Assembly (NCBI GenBank): GCA_965219995.1
Contig: CBDCOX010000002.1
Span: 2,752,001-2,816,000 of the forward strand
Length of the DNA stretch: 64,000 nt
Source: Candidatus Latescibacterota bacterium
GTDB lineage: Bacteria; Latescibacterota; UBA2968; GCA-2709665
Direction of reading: 5' to 3'
Part shown: in pieces, positions 1-8,826 of the stretch
Numbering within the stretch: position 1 is the first letter of the stretch
Layout of the letters: every line of letters begins with the position of its first letter
Notes under the pieces: model-generated
What the model was told of the DNA's origin: nothing
The model's database searches: none
What the model saw: only the letters and a program-made list of their open reading frames with translations
Position numbers and translations under genes: made by a program

Positions 1-1155
1 TTTACGTTCGACACCGGCGGAGACGCGAGCTTTATCGCGCCGCGGGTCGCCGACCAGCCTCATACCGTCAAGTGGTGGGACTACCGGGACCGAACCGATT
101 TTTCGGAACCCGGCTCTGAGAGCAAAAGTTCCGAGCAAATCTACAACGAACTGACGAGTCCCGCGCCATTCATCCAGGACAACCCCACCACCGTAGACGG
201 ACTCACCGCTTCCTTCGCCTACGGGCCGTACGACATGGCTCCCGGGGACAAGGTGAGGATCGTCTACGCCCTTGTGGCGGCCGCCCCGGTAGAGGAAAAC
301 ATCTGGGGGTGGGCCAAGCAGAGCCGGCAGGAAGATATGTTATCGGACAAGCCCATGAACAACCTCCTCAAACACCACAAGGCCGCCGCCGACGCCTTCA
401 GGTGGAACTACGATCTGCCCGATCCTCCGCCTGACGTAAAGACGGAAGTGACCGCGTCTGTCGACGGATTCAACCTGATCAAGTGGACCGACGCGGGCGA
501 CAACGCGACCGACCCGGACTACACGGGCGCGGAGGCGCAGGACATCGTGGGCTACCGGGCCTACCGGTCGGACTATAAAATCGACGACTGGAAGCTGATG
601 GCCGACATTCCGCTGAAGGACCCGGAGTACTACAGCGGCGGCACCTATCAGATTGAAGACCGGAAGTCCGTGGCGGGTTTCGAGTACACCTACCGGGTGG
701 CCGCCTACGACTCCGGGCACGACGACTGGAACGGTACCGGGATGGCCATTCCGTCCATGGAGGGCGGAAACAGCGCGCCCGAGCAGTGGGCGGGCGGCGT
801 CATGACCAGCGTTCCCTTCGTTCCGGCCAACGCGTCGGCCGACCAGTTGGCGCGGGACGTGATCGTCGTACCCAATCCGCACAAAGTGGACGGCGCCCAC
901 AATTACCCGTCCGCGGGTCTGATACGGTTCACGAATATCCCGCAGAAGTGCACGATCCGGATTTACACCGTGGCGGGCGAGCTTGCCGCCTTGATCGAAC
1001 ATAACGACCCCTCCCGTGGCGAAGCCGGATGGGACCAGATCCCCCACTCGCGCGGCGGGGACGTGCCCGCCGGTGTCTACTACTGGATCGTCGAATCCCA
1101 GATGCCGGGGAGCGCGGGCCAGACGCAACGGGGCACGTTGATGATCATCAAGTAG
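1..1155 (+). CDS. 5'-partial secreted protein with fibronectin-III-like domain and T9SS-type (FlgD/Ig-like) C-terminal sorting domain
   Basis: Frame is open from base 1 through ORF 235..1155. Motifs: 'GPYDMAPGDKVRIVYA', Fn3-like 'PPPDVK...LIKW...GYRAYRS...YTYRVAAYD', and C-terminal 'VIVVPNP...IRFTNIP..CTIRIYTVAGEL...W...GVYYWIVES...GTLMIIK'. Confidence 0.8.
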   Translation, partial: FTFDTGGDASFIAPRVADQPHTVKWWDYRDRTDFSEPGSESKSSEQIYNELTSPAPFIQDNPTTVDGLTASFAYGPYDMAPGDKVRIVYALVAAAPVEENIWGWAKQSRQEDMLSDKPMNNLLKHHKAAADAFRWNYDLPDPPPDVKTEVTASVDGFNLIKWTDAGDNATDPDYTGAEAQDIVGYRAYRSDYKIDDWKLMADIPLKDPEYYSGGTYQIEDRKSVAGFEYTYRVAAYDSGHDDWNGTGMAIPSMEGGNSAPEQWAGGVMTSVPFVPANASADQLARDVIVVPNPHKVDGAHNYPSAGLIRFTNIPQKCTIRIYTVAGELAALIEHNDPSRGEAGWDQIPHSRGGDVPAGVYYWIVESQMPGSAGQTQRGTLMIIK

Positions 1156-1214
1156 GGGCAGACCTCTATTTCTGCTCGGCTCAGGTCCATATTGAAATAC
1201 AAGGAGATGACGCA

Positions 1215-2168
1215 ATGAAACGGACGTTGTGGATCGGACTGACAGTGGCGGTGATCTGCGCCCTGCTCTACCCGCGGGGGGCGGATGCCCAGGACCAGCG
1301 GCGTTTGTCGCGAATGGTCCTCCCTGTTCTGAAGATCGATCATGGAGCACGAATGGCCGGTATGGGCGGTGCGTTTGTGGCCGTATCGGACAATATCGAT
1401 GCCATCTTTTCGAATCCTGCGGGTCTCACGCACATCGAGCGTGGCGCGTTTACGCTCGGATACACCCGGTGGCTGATGGGCGACCCCATCCTTACGGGCG
1501 GGATGGCCTACAACACGGCGTACGGCGTTCTGGGTGTTAACGTGGTTACGTTCAGCCCCCACGAGTTCGAAGAGACGACCATTTTCCAGCCCACCGGGAC
1601 CGGACGGAACCCCGATATGGGCGATCTCTCGCTGGGCGTGGTCTACGCCAGGAAACTGACGGACAAACTCTCCGTCGGCTCGATGTTCCGCTGGACGCAA
1701 CAAACGCTGGATACCGACCGGCTGACCGCGTTCGACGTGGGCGTATCCACCTTTTTCTACACCGGTTTCAGAAGCCTGCGTCTCGGCATGACGTTTGAGA
1801 ACATGGGCAAAGACGTCAAGGTGATTGATGACGTCAGAAAGATGCCTGTTTCCTTCAGCACGGCCGCGGCAATGGAAATTGTCGGCGCCGTGGGCGACCC
1901 GACCTATATCACGGCGACCTTTGAAAACACGTACGCCACGGATTTCGCAGATCCGCAGTACCGGTTCGGCGGCGAACTCTGGCTTCAGAACAACTTTGCC
2001 CTCCGGGCGGGATATAAGGCGAACTTCGACGAAGAGTCCTGGACGGCCGGGGCTGGGTTGAAATTCTCGATGCCGAACGGACGGGTGGTGCAGGCCGACG
2101 TCGCGTACAGCGACTTCGGCGTATACCTGGATGCTCCGCTTCGGTTCACGCTGAGCGGCGCATTCTGA
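1215..2168 (+). CDS. PorV/PorQ-family outer-membrane beta-barrel
   Basis: AAGGAG RBS before ATG 1215; signal peptide; 'LKIDHGARMAGMGGAFVAVSDNIDAIFSNPAGL' is typical of PorV/FadL-like barrels; C-terminal Phe. Confidence 0.85.
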   Translation: MKRTLWIGLTVAVICALLYPRGADAQDQRRLSRMVLPVLKIDHGARMAGMGGAFVAVSDNIDAIFSNPAGLTHIERGAFTLGYTRWLMGDPILTGGMAYNTAYGVLGVNVVTFSPHEFEETTIFQPTGTGRNPDMGDLSLGVVYARKLTDKLSVGSMFRWTQQTLDTDRLTAFDVGVSTFFYTGFRSLRLGMTFENMGKDVKVIDDVRKMPVSFSTAAAMEIVGAVGDPTYITATFENTYATDFADPQYRFGGELWLQNNFALRAGYKANFDEESWTAGAGLKFSMPNGRVVQADVAYSDFGVYLDAPLRFTLSGAF

Positions 2169-2191
2169 GTCTTCAGGTGCAATCGTTACAC

Positions 2192-2230
2192 AAAAGAAAT
2201 GGCGGTCCCCCGGGATTGCCATTTCTTTTT
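2192..2230. terminator. Intrinsic terminator, probably bidirectional
   Basis: AAAAGAAATGGCGGTCCC...GGGATTGCCATTTCTTTTT inverted repeat with A/T tails, just after the porV-like stop. Confidence 0.8.
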
Positions 2231-2349
2231 ATGAAGCTACTTAAAATTGGAAATGCGAATCAGATTGGCCAGGGTGATGTTGTGCAGTCTACCGGCGTTC
2301 TGATTCATCTCGATGGCCGGGGAAAATGGACATTTATCGTGCTTTTGGT

Positions 2350-2385
2350 TTTTATCCTGTCCATCCTGTCTATCCATGTAAGTTT
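2350..2385. repeat. ATCCTGT-type 36-bp repeat, copy 1
   Basis: TTTTATCCTGTCCATCCTGTCTATCCATGTAAGTTT; matches 15164..15199 with 2 mismatches. Confidence 0.8.
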
Positions 2386-2429
2386 GGGCTTTTGAATTAA
2401 AGAGGTCAATTGGCGGTCAGGGGCGAGCC

Positions 2430-3644
2430 GTGGGTCGATTCCGAAAGATATGCCTCAATTGCAATGCGCATCAGCAGGATGCCGCGGCATTGAATTGCGG
2501 TGTGTGCGCGGGACCACTGGGGTTTCGATACAGCTATAACGATGTACGCTGGGACGACCGCTTCGAAGGTTCCATGTGGCGCTACTGGCCCCTGCTTCCG
2601 GTCGACGGTCCGGACGAGGCCGTGACCCTCGGCGAAGGCGGCACGCCTCTGCTGCCCGCACAGAGCTTCGACGGACGCCAGGTCTTTCTGAAGGACGAGA
2701 CCCGCAACCCCACGGGATCCCACAAGGACCGTTCGCTCTCGGTCGCGATCACACACGCGAAGGCCGTGGGCGCGGACGTCTCCGTCATTGTATCGACGGG
2801 CAGCGCCGGCATCTCGAACGCCGCTCTGGCGGCCAGGGCCGGAATGCGCAGCGTGGTCGTGATGACGGAAGGAACGCCGCCGGAGCGGCTCTACCCCATG
2901 TTCGGCCTCGGCGCCGTGCTGCTCGAGGTGAGTGCGCAGATCGACCCGATCGTGGAGGGGGTTATTTCCGTCTGTAGGGCGCACGGTCTCTATCTGAGCA
3001 CCACCGGCCGGGACTCCAATCCGTACCAGTCCGAAGGGAACAAGACCATCGCCTTCGAGATCGTTGAGGAATTGGGGCGGGCGCCGGACTGGGTGGTGGT
3101 CCCCGTGGGCGGCGGCGGTACGGTTTCGGGGATCTGGCGCGGATTCCGGGATTGCCGCGAACTCGGGCTGATTGACACCCTGCCCCGGATGGTTGGCGTG
3201 GTCCCGCGAGACTATAACGCGCTGGAGGCGGCGTTCGATCGCGGTTTGGAAACGTGGAAAGCCGTGCTGGCGCTGCCTTATGACAACCTGCCGCCTTCAA
3301 TTCTGGTGAAGCTTGCTCACAGCTACCCGCCAGATGGCATGGAAGCCCTTCGGTCCGTCCGTTCGTCGAAGGGGTTTTTCGTTTCCGTAACAGACGACGA
3401 GGCACTGGAAGCCCAGGAGGCCTGCGGACGGCGGGAAGGGTTGTTCGTGGAGCCGTCCACGGGCGCCTGCCTGGCCGGAGCCACTCGCCTGATGGACTCG
3501 GGGCACGTCCGTCGGGAAGACGTCGTCGTCGGCATCGTCAGCGGCTCCGGATACCGGGAAACGGCCTGTACGATGGACTCGCGCCCGCTGCGGAAACAGT
3601 CCGTATCACTCAAGGAACTATCGGGAGCCCTGTCGGGAATTTAG
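2430..3644 (+). CDS. Threonine synthase-like PLP-dependent enzyme (fold type II)
   Basis: N-terminal CxxC..CxxC ribbon, 'TLGEGGTPLL', PLP lysine motif 'NPTGSHKDR', 'VPVGGGG', 'VEPSTG'. Confidence 0.85.
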   Translation: MGRFRKICLNCNAHQQDAAALNCGVCAGPLGFRYSYNDVRWDDRFEGSMWRYWPLLPVDGPDEAVTLGEGGTPLLPAQSFDGRQVFLKDETRNPTGSHKDRSLSVAITHAKAVGADVSVIVSTGSAGISNAALAARAGMRSVVVMTEGTPPERLYPMFGLGAVLLEVSAQIDPIVEGVISVCRAHGLYLSTTGRDSNPYQSEGNKTIAFEIVEELGRAPDWVVVPVGGGGTVSGIWRGFRDCRELGLIDTLPRMVGVVPRDYNALEAAFDRGLETWKAVLALPYDNLPPSILVKLAHSYPPDGMEALRSVRSSKGFFVSVTDDEALEAQEACGRREGLFVEPSTGACLAGATRLMDSGHVRREDVVVGIVSGSGYRETACTMDSRPLRKQSVSLKELSGALSGI

Positions 3645-3656
3645 GGGATCGAAACC

Positions 3657-4685
3657 ATGTCCATGCATCTGATGAAATGGCAGCGGCGGGAAGAACCGGT
3701 CCTGTCGGCCCTGACTACCCGGCAGGACTGGTGCCGGGTTGAACTCTACAACCCGACGGTGCTCCGCGTCGCGGACAGGTACATGATGTGGTACATCGCT
3801 CACGGTACCGCCACCCGTACAGACGATTCGGTCGTGGGCTTCGCCGAGTCGTACGACGGAATCCACTGGAACGAGCACCCGGACAACCCCATCCTCACCC
3901 GCGACGATCTGCCCGCCTGCGACGCATGGCAGACGCCCCACGTGATCTTCGACGCGGACGAGGGCCTGTACAAAATGTGGTTCATTATGTCGACCGTTGT
4001 CCGGGGCGGTCCAACCTGGCTCGTGAGCTTCGAGCAGCAACTGGGTTATGCCACCAGCCGCGACGGGCTGAAATGGGACGTTCATCCCGAGCCGATCTAT
4101 CACAGCGGGCGGCGGCCGTGCGTGATCAAGGACGGTCCCGGCGCCTACCGGATGTGGATGAACTCATCGCCGACGCCGGATGGAAGCTTCGACGATCTGG
4201 TCCGGCACATCTATCGATTCGAATCCACCGACGGCATTGATTGGACGCGGGACCCCGAACCCGCCGTAAGCTTCAACGAGAAGCTCAGGGGCACAATCTA
4301 TCCTTTCGTTATGCGAGACGGTGACGGATATACCATGTGGTACGGGGCCTGGCCTGCCGAAGGCGAAGTGCTGATTGACGCGGGCGCCGAGACGCCCCTG
4401 GTTCGCCCCGTGTTCGAGATCTACTGCTCCACGTCGTCCGACGGCTTGAACTGGACCCACCACCAGGACACGCCCGCCGTGCCTGCGACGCGTAATCCCG
4501 TCGACTACGACGGGCGGTATACCTCCACGCCGTGTGTCGTCGACGGCGGGGACCGCTACCTGATGTACTATTCCGCCAGGGACTGGGGTACGCTGTATAG
4601 AACGGGATCTGACACGCTGGGCATCGATAAGGCCGGAATCTACCGCCACATCGGCGTGGCCGTGTGCCCCAAGAAGCTGGTTTAA
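3657..4685 (+). CDS. Five-bladed beta-propeller glycosidase-like protein (GH32/43/130-like fold)
   Basis: Repeated 'GFAES.DGIHW..HPDNPIL', 'YATSRDGLKW', 'YKMWF' blades; paralog of 8827 and 31107. Confidence 0.7.
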   Translation: MSMHLMKWQRREEPVLSALTTRQDWCRVELYNPTVLRVADRYMMWYIAHGTATRTDDSVVGFAESYDGIHWNEHPDNPILTRDDLPACDAWQTPHVIFDADEGLYKMWFIMSTVVRGGPTWLVSFEQQLGYATSRDGLKWDVHPEPIYHSGRRPCVIKDGPGAYRMWMNSSPTPDGSFDDLVRHIYRFESTDGIDWTRDPEPAVSFNEKLRGTIYPFVMRDGDGYTMWYGAWPAEGEVLIDAGAETPLVRPVFEIYCSTSSDGLNWTHHQDTPAVPATRNPVDYDGRYTSTPCVVDGGDRYLMYYSARDWGTLYRTGSDTLGIDKAGIYRHIGVAVCPKKLV

Positions 4686-4857
4686 AATTACCGGTGAGTT
4701 CCCGAGCGCGAGCGAAAAAGGGGCGGTCAAGGCGGGCGAAGTCGCCCAAGAGAGGCGAGCGAGCGCAGCCTCGACCTCTCAATACGGGTGGCTTTGACCA
4801 ACACCGACCGGCGCTTTTGCAGCCGCGCGAAGACCGCTGGGAATTTTAAGACAGCTT
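4674..4857. mobile_element. MITE-like element (~184 bp) with imperfect terminal inverted repeats
   Basis: Left end AAGCTGGTTTAAAATTACCGG vs reverse complement of right end AAGCTGTCTTAAAATTCCCAG; no credible coding capacity; supplies the TAA of the upstream gene. Confidence 0.6.
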
Positions 4858-4894
4858 CAAAGACTTGATATGCCGCCCATAACGAGGAGAACGA

Positions 4895-6904
4895 GTGGAA
4901 GGCTCTCAAGCACAACGCCTGGGGAATCGGGCCTACCAACAACACGCGTCTTCGGAGAATCATCTCGCGTCTTCACGGGACGGTCTGACGTTGCGGGCTT
5001 TCCTGATCGGGCTCCTTCTCTGCGTGTTCCTTGGTGTCGCGCTGACGCACAATCGTATGGTCGTCCAGGGGCCCTTCATGGGCAGCTACTATATGGACCG
5101 GGGCGTGCTGTTCGTTTTCTTCGTCCTTGTTCTGGCCGTAAACCCCCTGGCGGCGGCCCTGAAGCGCCGATATGCGCTGGGGCGGGGCGAGTTGTTGGCC
5201 ATCTACGTCATGTTGCTGTTTCTGATGCCGTCGTGGAAAATCACCAAGGCCCTGCTGGGCTTTATGACGGGCGTCACCTACTATGCCTCGCCGGAAATGC
5301 GGCACCTGGAAGCGGTGTTGCCCAATGCCCTTCCCTGGCTGTCGAACCTGGATACGCAAGCGGTAAGGGGGCTGTACGACGGTCTTCCCGCCGGCGACCC
5401 GGTGCCCTGGTGGACGTGGGTGGTTCCCCTGTGGAGCTGGGGGTCGTTCCTGGTCGTACTCTACGTCGTGCTCGTCTGCCTGGCCGTCCTGATGAGAAAG
5501 CAGTGGGAAGAGCACGAACGGTTTGCGTTTCCCATCATGCAAGTGCCGCTCGAGATGAGCGAGGCAGGGGCGCGAAAGGTGGGTCCCCTGTTCCGCAGCA
5601 GGGTGATGTGGGGGGGATTCGCGGTTCCGTTTCTGATCGGAATGTTGAACGGCCTTCAGCGGTACTACTATTCGCTTCCGCGGATTCCTCTGAGAACGGT
5701 GATCTGGATCTTCCGACGGGCGATCCCCTTGCATATCGGCCTGCACTTTGCGATTTTTGGGTACTCGTATTTCGTGAATACGGACGTAAGCCTGAGCATC
5801 TGGCTGTTCAACGTCATCGCCAAATGCGTCAGCGGAACTCTGGCCATCGTCGGGGCGGAAACCTACGGCGTTTCCGGGGTTGTGGGACGGCACAGTTCGC
5901 AGGGATCGGCATTCCTGGCGATGATGGGCATGGGCTATATGCTCGGCCTGGCGGGGTACAGTCTGTGGATCGCGAGGGGACACCTGCGGCAGGTGTGGGC
6001 CAGGGCGACGGGCAGACCTTCGCGCCTGGACGATTCGGAGGAGGTGATCCCCTACCGCTCCGCCGTGGCCGGCATCGTTGCGGGGACGCTCTATCTGGGG
6101 TGCTGGCTTTATCAGGCGGGAATCTCGCCGCATCTCGTCCTGCTGCTGGGCTTCTTCTGCTTTGTCGTGTTTCTCGTTCTCGCCCGCATCGTGAGCGAGA
6201 CCGGATATTCCGTCACCTATTCCCCGCTCAACCCGTCGGAATTCGTGGTGTGCGCGGTGGGCTCAGCGGCGTTCGGACCCACGGGGCTGACTTCTCTCGG
6301 CGTCGGCTTCGCCTGGACGATGACCCGGCTGAATACGCTGATGCCCCGGGCCTCGGGCGCGCTGAGACTCGCGCGGGAGATCGGTCGCAAGCGGGGGCTG
6401 GTCCTGGCGATGGGCGCAGCGCTTGCAGCGGGCCTCGTCACCGCAGGCTATACAACGCTTCAACTGGGTTACGAACACGGCGGCCGCAACCTGGATTACT
6501 GGTTCAGGGACGTCAACGATTGCGCGCTTCCGTTCGACGAATACATCGGCCGCCGTCTGCTTTCGCCGACTCCGGTCTATTTTCCAGGATTTCTGTACAC
6601 GGCGCTGGGCGCCGGCGTTGTCGTCGCTCTGATGTCGCTCCGGTCGCGCCTACCCTGGTGGCCGCTGCACCCGGTGGCGCTTCCCGTAAGCACGATCGCC
6701 TATACACACCATTACTTCTTCAGCGTGTTTCTCGCCTGGGGAATCAAGGCGCTCTTGCTGCGGTTCGGAGGCGCCAATCTCTACAGAATGACCCGGCCGT
6801 TCTTCATGGGAATCATCCTGGGCGAGGCGGTCTGCCTGGGGATGTGGATCGTTATCGACAGCATCACCGGTAAAGTGGGCGGGATCTGGATCCTGCAACC
6901 CTAA
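4895..6904 (+). CDS. DUF6785/DUF6784-type polytopic membrane protein, putative transporter (paralog 1)
   Basis: Many hydrophobic segments; motifs 'LTLRAFLIG', 'RKQWEEHERFAFPIMQVP', 'ARIVSETG', 'WWPLHPV', 'RFGGANLYRMTRPFFMGIILGE'. Confidence 0.8.
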   Translation: MEGSQAQRLGNRAYQQHASSENHLASSRDGLTLRAFLIGLLLCVFLGVALTHNRMVVQGPFMGSYYMDRGVLFVFFVLVLAVNPLAAALKRRYALGRGELLAIYVMLLFLMPSWKITKALLGFMTGVTYYASPEMRHLEAVLPNALPWLSNLDTQAVRGLYDGLPAGDPVPWWTWVVPLWSWGSFLVVLYVVLVCLAVLMRKQWEEHERFAFPIMQVPLEMSEAGARKVGPLFRSRVMWGGFAVPFLIGMLNGLQRYYYSLPRIPLRTVIWIFRRAIPLHIGLHFAIFGYSYFVNTDVSLSIWLFNVIAKCVSGTLAIVGAETYGVSGVVGRHSSQGSAFLAMMGMGYMLGLAGYSLWIARGHLRQVWARATGRPSRLDDSEEVIPYRSAVAGIVAGTLYLGCWLYQAGISPHLVLLLGFFCFVVFLVLARIVSETGYSVTYSPLNPSEFVVCAVGSAAFGPTGLTSLGVGFAWTMTRLNTLMPRASGALRLAREIGRKRGLVLAMGAALAAGLVTAGYTTLQLGYEHGGRNLDYWFRDVNDCALPFDEYIGRRLLSPTPVYFPGFLYTALGAGVVVALMSLRSRLPWWPLHPVALPVSTIAYTHHYFFSVFLAWGIKALLLRFGGANLYRMTRPFFMGIILGEAVCLGMWIVIDSITGKVGGIWILQP

Positions 6905-6979
6905 CCGTAACCGGACCGGGTGCGGGCATTGAGTGAGGCTGGGTGAGGTCGGTCAACCCACTGAAAGAGAGTTGAAGAC

Positions 6980-7807
6980 ATGGAAGCGGGAACTGACGTG
7001 GACGAACAGTTGCTCGACAAACTGAATCAGATGTGCGTCAACGGCTGGTGTGTCGTCGAGGACGTCGTCCCTCCGGACCGGGTCGCGGCGGTGAGAGCGC
7101 GCGTTATGGATGCCGTGCATCGGCATGCGAACACCGAAACGCTCGAGGACAAGGGCATCGGGCACGTTTCGGGCTTTGTCGCCCGGGAACAGTCATTCGC
7201 GCCGTACGTGGCGGATTCCGGCGTCATGGGCGTCGTCAAGGGCATGCTGGGCGACCACGTCCGGATCTCTTTCACGACCGCAACGGTCAACTTTCCCGGA
7301 AACCCGCGCGGCGGATGGCACGCCGACTGGCCCTTCAACCAGAACAACGCCGGACATATCTCCGCACCCTATCCCGACGCGGTGATGCACCTTACCACGC
7401 TATGGATGCTCTCGCCCTTCAGCACGGAGAACGGCGGGACCCTCATTCTTCCCGGCAGCCACCGTTCCACGAACAATCCCAGCGGGGGAAACGGTTTCGA
7501 CCCGCTCGGCGCGATTCCCGGTGAATGCAACGCGGAAGGCGAAGCGGGAAGCGTGCTGATGCTGGACAGCCGGCTCTGGCACGCCACGGCCCCCAACCGT
7601 TCCCACGAGCCGCGCGTATCGGTGGTAATTCGCTACGCGCCCTGGTGGCTCGATACAAGCGTCCTGATGCCCGGGTCCGAAGAGCGGAGACTGATGTTGG
7701 AAGCAACGGGGCTGAATTCACCCGAAGTCCCGCCCGTCCCGCGGGAAGTCTATGACACCATGCCCGAAAGGGTGAAGCCCCTTTTCCGGCACTGGGTGCG
7801 GTCGTAG
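6980..7807 (+). CDS. Phytanoyl-CoA dioxygenase (PhyH)-family Fe(II)/2OG oxygenase
   Basis: 'GWHADWP' HxD, 'NGGTLILPGSH', distal 'WHAT', 'R.SV' 2OG-binding Arg. Confidence 0.9.
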   Translation: MEAGTDVDEQLLDKLNQMCVNGWCVVEDVVPPDRVAAVRARVMDAVHRHANTETLEDKGIGHVSGFVAREQSFAPYVADSGVMGVVKGMLGDHVRISFTTATVNFPGNPRGGWHADWPFNQNNAGHISAPYPDAVMHLTTLWMLSPFSTENGGTLILPGSHRSTNNPSGGNGFDPLGAIPGECNAEGEAGSVLMLDSRLWHATAPNRSHEPRVSVVIRYAPWWLDTSVLMPGSEERRLMLEATGLNSPEVPPVPREVYDTMPERVKPLFRHWVRS

Positions 7808-7857
7808 GGACGGGCGTCTTGTCGAAACGTGTCAATTTTGTCCGGAGGTGCAGCGAA

Positions 7858-8811
7858 ATGGCTGAGACAGCCAAATCAACCGCATATACCGCGCCGAATC
7901 CCGGGTTCGGGTTCTCGGATGTGCCGCAGACCGAATTCGACTTTCCATTTCCGGCCCTGACGCTCGAACAGCGGATGCGGTTCGAGCTGTTCGGGTACAC
8001 CATCGTCGAGGACCTGTTTACCGAACAGGAGTTGCTGTCCATCGAAGCGTCAGCCAACGGATTGAAGGCGGAAATCCTGGATGCGGCCGGCGACGTCGAG
8101 ATCACGCCGCCTCCGCCTCCGAGAAAATACGAGGACTTCAGGGACGGGGCGATGTGGCGGGCGAACCGGAGAAGGACGGCGTCGGGCGACCTGCACCTGG
8201 AACGCCTGGAGATCGAGAACGTGCTGGGGCTGGATCCCGTCTACCTGTCGGTACTTACCAGGCCGCGCGTACTGGGGGTTGCCACGGAACTGCTGGGCGG
8301 GACGTTTCGTTTCCACCAGGTCGCCGTCCGCTTCAACCGGCGTTCCGAAACCCCCGTTCTGGGATGGCACGGCGGGGTGACCCGGCACAAGGACAGGGCG
8401 GTCCGGAAGAACGGATGGTTCCATACGCAGATCCTTGGATTGATCCTCTATCTCACGGACGTGGGCCCCGGCGACGGCGGCACCGGAATCTTCGCGGGAA
8501 GCCACAGACTCGACCTCTCCTACGACGATTTGAAGCAGTATATCACGGACCATCCGGACTCCGAGTTCTTCCACCAGACCACGGCGAAGCGGGGCGCCGC
8601 GCTGCTGTTTGCCGACGGCCCGCTGATGCACCGGACCATCAACATCGAGACGGACAAGGAACGGCTTATCATGCTTTCGCGGATTGTCCATTCAGACTAC
8701 GAGTTCGGCGGTATGGAGTCGCTGGGGCAGACCGACCACGTACCGCATGAGCTGATGCCGCTGTTCTATGGACGAGCGTTCACGCCCAGATATCGACCCC
8801 GCGGCGAATAA
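7858..8811 (+). CDS. PhyH-family Fe/2OG enzyme with HxG in place of HxD
   Basis: 'FELFGYTIVE', 'GWHGG', 'YLTDVGPGDGGTGIFAGSH', 'LMHRT', 'ERL'; ATG 7858 preceded by GGAGG. Confidence 0.8.
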   Translation: MAETAKSTAYTAPNPGFGFSDVPQTEFDFPFPALTLEQRMRFELFGYTIVEDLFTEQELLSIEASANGLKAEILDAAGDVEITPPPPPRKYEDFRDGAMWRANRRRTASGDLHLERLEIENVLGLDPVYLSVLTRPRVLGVATELLGGTFRFHQVAVRFNRRSETPVLGWHGGVTRHKDRAVRKNGWFHTQILGLILYLTDVGPGDGGTGIFAGSHRLDLSYDDLKQYITDHPDSEFFHQTTAKRGAALLFADGPLMHRTINIETDKERLIMLSRIVHSDYEFGGMESLGQTDHVPHELMPLFYGRAFTPRYRPRGE

Positions 8812-8826
8812 GACAGGGAGAACGCA

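Noticed and set aside
2430-3644. Calling this gene housekeeping thrC
   Set aside because: It has catabolic context with no hom/thrB neighbours and a divergent 'STGSAG' in place of 'STGN', so it is left as ThrC-like.
4870-6873. Very long alternative-frame ORFs overlapping DUF6785 genes (also 40376..42739, 44572..46407)
   Set aside because: This frame starts on the GC-rich third codon position, so stops are rare. The translations are Arg/Gly/Pro-rich low-complexity shadows.
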